Below, piece by piece: positions 38,398 through 48,788 of a stretch of DNA of 64,000 bases. The number at the start of each line of letters is the position of its first letter. The first letter of the stretch is position 1. The notes under the pieces were generated by a model. It was not told the origin of the DNA and ran no database searches. It was given only the letters and a program-made list of their open reading frames with translations. This DNA is from Klebsormidium nitens (Eukaryota; Plantae; Klebsormidiophyceae): positions 1-64,000 of the forward strand of contig DF237205.1 in NCBI GenBank assembly GCA_000708835.1, in the 5' to 3' direction. A program made the position numbers and the translations under genes.

Positions 38398-41300
38398 TCA
38401 ATCAGAGTCGCACTCACCCGCAAGGTATTGATAAACGTGATCGTACGGTTCCACCCTGATTGGAAGTTGAATATTAATCCACCTCAGTATACTCTCGTAG
38501 GTATCCTGGTGATAGATTGTGGCAAATGCGCCATACGTGAGCAGGTTTGCATTGTAGCAGCGAGCCCCCGTTGCGTCATAGACCCTCGTGCTGACGTCGT
38601 CTTGGATCCAGTTCCACGCGTCGAGAGACCACTCTGTTGCGCCCAGCAACAATACGCCGCCACTGCAAAAGCGAATCCTTGGGAGTGAGCCAAAACAAAA
38701 GACTCGGTCCCCATCTCCAAAAATTTAATTCAGGAGGCGTCAGTAGGAGATGTGCATACAGCTAGTACGAGGCTCAAAGAAATGCTCCCTAAATGTCAGC
38801 GAAAAAGATCAGATCAGTAAATTATCTGCAAGGTTGTTAACTTTGAATCTCATACGTGTGCGTTATAATAACTCGAAGAAAACTCGCCCTGCGGAAGCAG
38901 ATGAGCAACACGGTCAAATCATTGCGCACTCGGCCCGATCGCGAGATCGTTCTGGGACCTTATGTGCGCTAGATCTGATGTCAGGTCGGCTTCTTCTCGC
39001 AGAACATACTCTCAGTCAAGAGCTCAGACGAAGGTCTGACGCGACTTCAAAACAAAAACCTACCTGCCCCCTCTTCTAAGAAAATTGGAGCAACGCGCGC
39101 TCGTCGATAAGAGCTCCTTCAACCGCTCGCCAAACTGCTTATGAAGTAGGGCATCGTCCTCTAGTACGAGGATTGCGGGCAACCGCAACTCTTGCGCGTG
39201 TAAGAACAACTCTCGCATGGATGCTAGGACGCCCAGTTCACCGGGCTTTAGCTTTTTGGCACCTGCATTAGCGAATTAGGTCCTGGTTTGTAGCTCGCTA
39301 TGTTGTGACTGATTGAACGACACACAAATTCGATCGATAACAATTTCGGCCTAGCCGAAACAAAGCGAGATCCAACGCTCTACATCCTTCTCATAGATAT
39401 GACTGTTGAATCCTTCGCACTAAAGACTGCGCTTGCACTCTAGCTGCAACAGCTGATTGATGCAATATGTTTTTCTTGACATTGCCAATAACAGCTGTGC
39501 TGGACATCAAGTCCTTTTACAGGCTGACGTCCTACATCGCATCATCCGCGACTTCAGAAGATCTCGTCTGACAGAAAGCAACCCGCTTACTGGAGAAGCA
39601 CAGGGTTCAGTTGACAGAGATTGGAGCCTGGAAAAGTGATGCTTGATGCTCAGAGAATCCAATGTCGAGCTGCTGACTGGCCTAAGATCTTCCAAGTAGT
39701 CGTTTGAAATTGCTCATACGTAACTCCAAGAGCTCAACGAATGCTCACCGAGGTCCGTCTTGTTCGCGTCTTGGAAAACTTCGGACCCGTTTACAGCGGT
39801 CCATGCCACAGCATTGAAACCGTGAAGCCGGCAGTTCTGAGCGAGACCTTCCCAGCGCCCCTGCAGAACGAAAATAAATAGCCGTTAGTATTCGATCGTT
39901 GAAACAGATTGTCTCAAGATGATAGTGGAGTAGCTTCTGGATTTGCAATAAATAAGCAGTTAAGACACAGCAGACTCCGACAAGCTTTTAGGGTATCTGA
40001 AGTGATGCTTCAAGACCTGTACCGTAACAGTCTTCCCCATCGAGATGATTGCCGCAGCTTTCAGATCTTAATGCTGGATCAAAATGGTCTCGGATCGGAA
40101 GGGAGAAACTTCAAGAAGCACTCAAAACAGACTTGTTCCACAACCGGGTTTTGCGACCTTAAGTCAATGTCCTTGAATGACCAGCACAAACCATTTTGAG
40201 CATTCCATTGCTCAGATTGCAATCAAGAAGAAACAAATTAAGCAGACTGCAAGAGAAGCACATTGAAGAGGTGCTGTGGTTGGAGCACATTGTCTCTACC
40301 TGTCCTGTTAGAGTCAGGATGAAAACGCTCAGCCTTTTCAGAAACTGCTCCGGTGACACGACGGCGTCTTCGGGAAGGCACTCCCGAAGTTCTTTTGGAA
40401 GTTCCTTCCGGAAATAAGGCCCGTACCCGTGTTCCATCATCCATCGTTCCGTGGTCAGAGTTGGGTTGTTGTAGCAATGAGCTGAACTTGGAATAGAGAC
40501 TGCTGAGGTTTGAGAAGCAAGCGGTGGATCCAGCATTACTGGCTTGTCGACGGCAAGAGTATGGGCTTCTATGTGGATTCGCAAACGCGTGAATCCTTTC
40601 CTGTATATCACGTCTTCCAGCTGCTCTGCGACTAAGGAGCTAGGTTGGAAAGAGGCGGTCACGTCTTCAAGGGTGTGAATTTTGTTCCAGTCTTGCAGCG
40701 CTCCGATCACTTCAACTTGTAGGCCTCCTTTCTGAGCTGCCAAGAACACTGTTCGACCTTCCGTAATCTGACGCTTGGCAGCGGTAAGAACTGTCTGCAC
40801 CAAGGATGCCGAACCTCCATCTGACGCGGAACTTGGAATCGATCTGACAACGACTTTGACTGCGTCGTAGTAACCAACTTTCTTCCTGACCGACTCGTAA
40901 AACTGGATCAACTTGTGTGACGTCGTCAGCGCGACAGCTTCTTTCTCATTTCTGAACCCGTAAGGAACGCCTTATAGGAGGTCGATCCCCTCATTGCCGA
41001 AGCCTTGACAGAACGCTTCGACCGCTTCTCCGAGCATCGGACGGTCTGAGTCATTCGAAGCAAAGCGCCGAATAAGAACGCGTGCTTCCCCTAACTCTGC
41101 CTTCGACAAATAGCCAGTGTCCATGAAAGCCCCCTCATCGCCTACTCCGACATACTCGGCGGGCCACTGCACGACTCTCGTCCACTCGGCAGAGTCGCTC
41201 TCGATCGCGCCAAGACGCGCGCTCGCTCTTTGCACATCGAAAAGCTGATGAATGGACACGTGTCCTCCGTCTCCATCTGGAACCAGGGCCGGCATCACAA

Positions 41301-44300
41301 AGATACGTCGGAGCACACGTGCCTCACGTAAAGCACACGTGAGGGCCAGCCTTAGCGCCTTATACCCGCCACGCAAAGCAATAGTTTCAACGCCGTCCCA
41401 ATGTAAGTACCTGCCAAGGAGAAGGATAGGGCTTGAGCATGGGGATATTGGTCTTGTCAGCAGGAAGTGGTTTTCATGTTGAAAATCCCGACTCGGTTTT
41501 CAAGGGATGCAAGGTTGGCCCCTGAAAATCGCCCTAGCTTGTATCAAAAGCTGTTTGCTGGAGCGTAAGAGAATCGATGCTCGTTGATCAAACACTCAGC
41601 TTCTGCTTTCCCTCGGCTGCAGAAAGGAGCTGCTAGGAGGTGATATGCAATGAGGCCTCAGATTATCTCGTCTTCCTCGAACCTGTAGAGCAGCTTGTCA
41701 GCGGGAATGCATGCGGGGGTGTGAAATTGGAGGATCAGAGCGCAGCTGCCAGCTCCAAATATCACCACCTCAGAACCGGTTGCACACTTCACCGACTTGT
41801 TGTTCGCTCTCGGAACTTGCAGGGTTTCAGAGTCCTTCGCAACGACCTCGGGGCAACTTTTCACATCCATGACTTAGACCAGATGTTCTGATAGGGTTTT
41901 TGCAAGTTATGTAGCAATCAAGACGACCCGAGTCGTGATGGGTCGACGCGAAAGGGATTGCTCACCTCCGTTGAGCTTTCGCAGCTTCGACCTGCGTGCG
42001 AACAGGCTCCATGTGGTTTGGCAGAGACCGAAGTCCGCGCAGCTTCACCGGGTGCAAAGCGATGGCGTTCAGATGCACCGGCTCCAAGACCATCGGTAAC
42101 AGGATCTGCCGGTCGACGCTCCAAGCGCTCTTGAAGCGGGCCTTCATCTGATCCTCCGAAAATGGTCTGGAACCGCAAGCCACGCCCGCGTGCTTGGTAA
42201 CGCAGCGCCCCACTTCGACGTTAGAGTGCCAGCTAGACCACTCGACGGCGCACTGACTGATGTGCGGTCCCATTTTCTGAAGCGCAACTCTGTTGAGGAC
42301 GTAGGCAGGTCCGCCGACGCAGTACGGAAGGAGCTCCCCATGCCTGGCAAGGAAAGAAGAATGGTGCTCAGTGTCATCGATCTCGCCTTGACTTCCTCCG
42401 AAAGTGGGTACGGGTCATAACGTTCGACGTCTGAACATGTTTGCTGCCACGAGATTCTCGGTGCGACATTCCGGGGTTATACGAAAGACCGTTGTCAGGC
42501 AACCCGCACGTATCACAGACTGTGGTGATTGTCAAACAAAGATTGGTATCAGCTCAAGTCTTCGAATGTTCCGATGCGTCTAGTCGCAGACCAGGCCTGA
42601 CAAAATCCGCCCATCTCAGTATCAGCGAAGCATCTTTGAAGTCGCGAATTTAACACGCCGACATCCGTCGATCAGGCATATGGTGCCCGTGGTCATACCA
42701 GAGAAGCTTATTTGCTTTCTTTAGCTTCATCAGCCGCTAGGAAGAATTCAGTATGTTACGAGACTCAGAGAAAAAAACGAAAGGCAAAGGCAAAGGCCTG
42801 CACGAGCATCTAGCAAAAGATGTTAAAAGTTGGCATCAGGTCAGATATCGATCCCAGTGATTGGGTGATATAATCATACCACATGCGGATGCAAATCCGG
42901 GGTTGAAAATGGTTGCGCTCTTTCCTGCTGTCTCGGTCCAATCGCTGCTTTTGGTAAGCTAGACAAAAGCGCGATAGCGGATCCTACGACCCTCTTGACT
43001 TCGAAAAAGCAACTCACTTTCCCTTCTCAACATTGAGAGGTCGGCCTTGCGGGTCGAATTTCGCCCCGGTTGTTGGCCCGCCAAGGTACAAAGGTCCCGC
43101 GTTTCTTTCCGACAGTTCGAAGCCTCGTAAGAAGTCCCTCAAGCGCTCGAAGTCGACATAGGCGTCATCGTCAAGGTGCATGAACCTGCACGCAACAGGC
43201 AGAGGGGTACCATGCCGGTTCCAAGCAATAATTTCAAGTAGAAGTCTTAAGCTACGAGACGAAATCAAACTGCTCGGAGAGTCGCGAGAGGATCGAGCTA
43301 TGATATCAACGTGGAAAAAAGATGCTCTTTCTTGATGTGTTACCTGATCTGTGTTTTGTGCAAGGGCTCTCATGCCTGGCTAAGCAACCTAGTTAAATCA
43401 ATGACGTTGCCTCCGAGCAACGACAGGCCAAGGCTTCTATCTGCAGCAGATCCTTTGCCAATCGGTTTAAGAATCGACTCCTCGAACCCCGTTACGGTAT
43501 GCAGATTAGAAGCAGAGTTCTCACCAGTCATACTCGGTGGCATGATGCTCGTACATATACTGCCACATTGCGAGATCTTTCAGACGGGGCGGATACCCGT
43601 CCCTGCAGAGAAAACGAATCTGTCTGATAGAGAGATTGCCAAAAGCCTACAACCAGACAGTGATAAAGTCGGATCTCCGAAATGCTGTTGGCAACCACCT
43701 CACATTCACAGAATGTCTGTGCTCTGAATCCGCTCACTGACCAGATTTGGTGGCCGGGAGAGCGGTGAAAGTAGCAACCTGTAACCCCTAACAAATTTCT
43801 CTCAATCTGGAAGAGAGACTTGCTTTGACACGCAATGATCAGACGACCAGGAATCGTAGGACAAGGCACGTTTCTCAACAGTGAAGAATGGCCTAAACCT
43901 TTGTACCTCTGTTCATCTTGCCGTGCTACAGGTTGTTACAAGGTCTGGCCCAACCACTTTGATACCTTTGCCTTTGCTGATCCAACTTTAGAATACTTGG
44001 GAGGGTCACCAGCACGCACAGGTTAAAAGTAGAATAAGCTGGGACGGTTTTATCGTTTGCACACTGTTTCGTTCTTCTACGAAAGTGCTTAAACCAGAAA
44101 GCCCTGGCACGAAGTCAGCTTTGAGCTGCGGCTTCCTGGTCCTTAGTCAGACATCTCTGTGTTGTCACCTTTTTCTCCAGAGCAAACTTCCATCCCCAAA
44201 GCAACCTTAAGTCTCTCGTAAGATAAGAACACACTTACTCCACATCAAGCCACACAAGCGGAAGGCCTCCGTACTCAGCCGCACGTGCTTCTGCAACGTC

Positions 44301-45935
44301 CTTGCTGGTGCTGTTCCCAACGAAGAGGATCATTTTGGCCTTGTCACCCAGGCTCGCAAACAGAGGCACAACTCTGGAGCGGAGCTGGTGATGACTAGCC
44401 TTTGAGAGGACGCCGACCAGTAAAGATGGGCCTGCTGAAAAGGCAGACTCCTTCTGCTGCATCGCCTTGAATCTTGAGCACCTGTGGCAAGGAAAGATAC
44501 TGAGCAACAGCCGGAATCGTCATGGAAATGCATCTACTGCTATGATCTAGTGTGATACTCCTCGTGCTGAGGTTCTCCTCTTTGCCTGTACAGGATACCT
44601 CATACCTGATCCAATCTTTACAGCTGCCAATGCTCTCTATCCTTTCTGAAAGGAAATGAAAAGCAATCACTGGCAAGCCCTTTCAAAATTCCTGGTAGCT
44701 CTTGTCGCCAAGCAAAGGCTAGAAATAGCTCGCATGGTCTGATTGTCCATCCGCCCGGCCCAGTATGTGACAGGTTACTTACCATTACTATGTAAAGAGC
44801 TAGTAATAGTGGCAGATTAAATGCCCCTGGCGAGAAGCATTTCATTGGGTAGCCTAGGAGGAGGGAAGGTCTTGAGCATTGCATCTTGTCCAAAGCGGGT
44901 GATGCCAGTCAAGAAGCGGATAAGAGTACCTGACCAGGCGCCAGATGGACAATGAAAGGACCACCTTCAATGGAGGCAGTACAAATAATAAGAAGAGACT
45001 TTGAAGTGCAGCAGTATCACCAGCCGCAATATCCAACTGCAGAGATGCACCGGACCTCAGGAATTGTCTGCCTTAAAACCAGCTTTTACACTAACAGCTA
45101 CGACCTGGTGAAGTTGACGCAGCGGCAAGTGGAAGCTTCCAGTAAGCAAAGATTTCCCGCAGGAAATGAGCGGTGAGTGGTACACTTGAAGATATGCACA
45201 GGCCCAGCGACACCATGACCAAAAGGGGGTATAAGATATAACCTGCTGATTGAGAAGGTCGGCTGGGGAGTGCACTTGCAGGTACAGTGTATCAAAACCA
45301 AATGACAGTCTTTCATGTCCTGCATTCCTGAACTCCAGACCAGACCAGAATTGACTCCCAAGAGTCCCAAGGGGCACCGTGTACAGTGCGCCTATGCTGT
45401 GCAGCTCTTCTAGCTGACGGGTCTGTTTCCTATCAATTGAGACAAGGTGAAGCTGCAGCGAGCTGGAAAAGCCTTCACCCGTGAATTGCAGGTGGATGGC
45501 AATGGAGTCTCCCAGGAGGTCGCCAGTGTTAAAAATGAGCCTGCATTGCGCTGGAATATTAAAACTGGAGTTGATGTTCCAGTCTGACGAGAGTGTCTCT
45601 ATTGCCGGTGCCAAGCTGGAGGTCCCATTTGCTAGGAACCAGCTCCAATCAGCAGGCAAGGGGCACCCGCTTTTGAATATCCAGTGCTCACTGGGATTCC
45701 GCTCTGAGAAAAGAGATTCACAATCTGGTTGCTGGCTGCTGATTGCTTGGGAGAGGTTGGGCGCTTCGTTGGTGAGCTGGGGCGTCTGCGCGGGTCTCAG
45801 CTGCAAATGTACCAGCGAGAGGCCAACACATGAAGCCAACAAGAGCAGGATCTTTATCAGCAGCCTAGAGGAGCAGCCGTCAAATGCGGACGCCCCGTTT
45901 CTACGCCCCATGCTTGCTACTCTGACAGCATCCAC
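38398..45935 (-). CDS. Multi-domain type II membrane glycosyltransferase: GT31 (chondroitin synthase/Fringe-like) + SUB1/O-fucosyltransferase-like + GT25; one in-frame TAA at 40974-40972
   Basis: Exons 45935-45243, 44964-44930, 44481-44239, 43602-43525, 43185-43018, 42343-41966, 41410-40300, 39860-39749, 39262-39064 and 38662-38398 sum to 3282 nt with matching phases. GT31 motifs: DGYPPRLK, WFMHLDDD, YCVGGPAYVL, NVEVGRC. SUB1-like motifs: LTCALREARVLRRIFVM, YYDAVK, EGRTVFLA. GT25 motifs: VFILTL..GRW, AVNG, LKPGELGVLAS, ILVLEDD, TYGAFA, PYDH. The 35-nt micro-exon and the 41966-41410 junction are the least certain parts. Confidence 0.78.
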
Positions 45936-46819
45936 GACGTGCTGCTAGCTGGAGCTGCATGCTGCTAAACAGCATTCGGCAACAGTGGTGAAGCTAATAT
46001 ACCACGCCACGGCAACAGAGCTCCTGAATAACAGAGCGCATTGGCCCCCTCTGATGATCTGTGCATGCAGAATCCAGGACTCTCCTTGCCCCGCTAGCTG
46101 ACACCGACAGCTCAGTGTGATGTCGAGTTGTCGAAAGTTGGTTGATGCAACCGCCCCATGCCTTTGATTCGCACGGGCTATAAGAGAAGTATCCATGTTG
46201 ATTCAAGATTGTTGATTCGATTGTGCTCTTGAGCCTCTTGTCAATCTAGCTGACGCATCACTAGAGGTACCTAGATGCAGCCTAGATGTGAAATGATTAA
46301 ATTCCCTTCAAGTAAAGAGCCCCATGAGCCTTGGGAATACCGAGCAAGCGGACCGGTAGGTGCTCAGGGCGTCGGACTTCGCTCCGTGGTCCGAGCAATG
46401 TACCATACCGGACCTATGTACCTAATACCTAGCTCCGTACCCTCGCCGGCGGACGTTTCTTTGTCGGGAGGTTTCAGTTGCTGTGACTGGTCACGGGAGA
46501 CACTGGACGTCAGATCAACATTTCAGAAGTCGGTGCCCCGTACGATCAACGGCCGCTAGCTACTGTGGCAGGTTCCAGCGGCATCCGGCCAGGCTACCGT
46601 TTACCATGGTATCGTACGATCAGGGCATGCCGTACATACTGTCACGCTGACCTACTGCAACCTGTAGGTACTAGGGTAGCTGCAATTCTTTGGAGTTACC
46701 AACCGGTAGTAGAGTACGTACTGTTCGGCGTACTCGGCCTAATATACGGTTCTTTCCTCGGGGTGCGGTCACTGTGTTTGGTACCACTACAGCCGGTACT
46801 ACCGTAGTAGGTATCCGTT

Positions 46820-47450
46820 GATAGTATCAATCCAGGCCGGCCTGGATCCAGGCCCGAAATCTCCGGATGGTTCCAGCCGTCGATAACACGATACTGCCGC
46901 GCCGGACCCTCCGAGTCCCAACACCTTTCAGGCTAAAGTTTTCAGCCGAATTTGCCCCGGTTCCCGGGACCGGCCAGCCCACTGCCAGAGGCCGTACGAC
47001 CGGGTACTGAGGTCTCAGTTTAAATGTGTTCAATATGGTCCGACGAGCAGTTTAATAGCCACGTTTTACACGGTTAACGTTTTTGGAGACACAGTTACGG
47101 TACAGGTTCAGCTTATCGATCGTACAGTTACGGCTACAGTTACAGTCAAAAGCAGAGTTACCAGTAAAGTTACAGTTACAGTTACAGCTACAGCTACGTT
47201 ACCATACAGGTTAACAGTCACAGTTACAGTTACCAGAACAGTTATAAGTACCGGTAGTACGGGAGTGGCTGCCGGCGTAGACATAGCCAGTCCCGGGTAC
47301 CGGGGCACGGTTGATCGACCATCGGCCTGTAGTAAGAGGCTGAAAGTTTTAGCCTGAGGCTGTCGGAACTCGGCAGGACCGTGTTATCGACGGCCTGGAC
47401 CATCCGGAGATTTCGGGCCTGGATCCAGGCCGGCCTGGATTGATACTATC
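46820..47450. mobile_element. Non-autonomous foldback / MITE-like element with long terminal inverted repeats
   Basis: GATAGTATCAATCCAGGCCGGCCTGGATCCAGGCCCGAAATCTCCGGATGG...CCGTCGATAACACG at 46820 is a near-perfect reverse complement of 47380-47450. Weaker pairing extends inward to the CAGGCTAAA / TTTAGCCTG motifs. No coding capacity and no clear TSD. Confidence 0.75.
47090..47245 (+). repeat. Degenerate (GTTACA)n hexamer microsatellite inside the foldback element
   Basis: Runs of CAGTTA/GTTACA/GCTACA. Confidence 0.85.
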
Positions 47451-48788
47451 CCCATCCAACGCTATGTAGCACATACCGGTACTTAGTGTGCAGTAATGAT
47501 TGAGAAGCTCGACGTGGTTGGTCCGGAACGACCCGGTGGTCATGACGTCATGTCAGTCGGTCTCGACTCTCGAGTCTCGAGTCTCTGGCCTCGGCTCTCC
47601 CCCGGGAGCGCCAGATCCCCGACCGCGGCCCGCGAGCAACCCGGAAACGGATTAGCGATCAGTGATGGCATTGGGCCGTACTACCCATGATTCTCCCATA
47701 GATTTGGGGGGCGGCTCGGGCCAAAAGCCTTGTAGAGGTCACAGACTCACAGCACCGTTGCTGCACGCCACCTGTTCTGAGCGGTTATACATACGACGTC
47801 AGAGACGCCACGTCCCGGGTCCGGCACGTCAAATCGCCTACCTGCAAGCAAGGCGCCTACCGGGACAAACATACAAACGAATCACATACTGCCTCCAGAA
47901 CCGGCTGCATGTCGCTCAGTCGCTGTCACCGGTTGCAGGGCCGCTGAGGACGCCGCTGCCACCTCGATCACTGCTCGACCTCAATCAGACTCCCTCCGAC
48001 TCGGAATCCGAAGGCGAACCCCTCATCGATCCCCGACACGTCAGGAAGCGGAGAAAATCGTAACGTCCCCGCTTCGACTCTTAGTCTCTGAATCATCTTA
48101 CACATCGCTCCGCTTTTGCGGTATGCCAGTCCGCAGACTCCTTCTGATGAGCTGCGTACGGCCAGATTGTACATCACAAAGAAAAGAAAAAAAAGGTTGC
48201 AGGGCCGGTTGTCTTTACAAGCTGGGCGGCCGCGGGCCCGTATATCTGATTGATTGACTGGATTACCGGTGGATTGAGTGACTCAATCGAGTGAACACCA
48301 AGAGAAGGTATTTACTGTCAGCTTCAGTGTAGTACCGGTCGGTAGCATTGAAACACGCCTTGAACGCCTTGCGGCCTTCCGATTCGTGCTAATGCCAAAT
48401 GGACCGACGCCGCCTGCGACGGCGACGATAATACCCAACTACTTAATTCTAAACGTGCAAGACGATGAAAAAGTCAAAATGCATCCAGATGCCAAGACCT
48501 GAAACTTAAGTCTTCATCATCACGGCCGGTAATGAAAAACATCGACAAGGTCGACAAATTTTATCAGACATGATCACCCTGTCTTTGCATCCGCATGCAG
48601 CAACTTCCTAAGCGCATGTTGGAACTTGATAAATCTTGGTCACAGCTTCCACGTCGTGGCGGCTCATAGGTGTCATAGAAAACTTGTTTCTGAGGATCTA
48701 AGAAGACTAGAACCGCCTTCTTGCCCACTGCTAATCTCTCAATATACACCTGAGAGAGAAACATGCTGACAGCACCGCTCGGGCGCCA

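Noticed and set aside
41658-41870. 70-aa minus ORF (MDVKSCPEVV...) as an extra exon of the tri-modular GT
   Set aside because: No convincing acceptor gives the required phase. The nearest good acceptor (41889) leads to a stop after ~20 codons. Left as intron.
47108-47308. 66-aa ORF rich in VTVTVT
   Set aside because: It is the translation of the (GTTACA)n microsatellite inside the foldback element.
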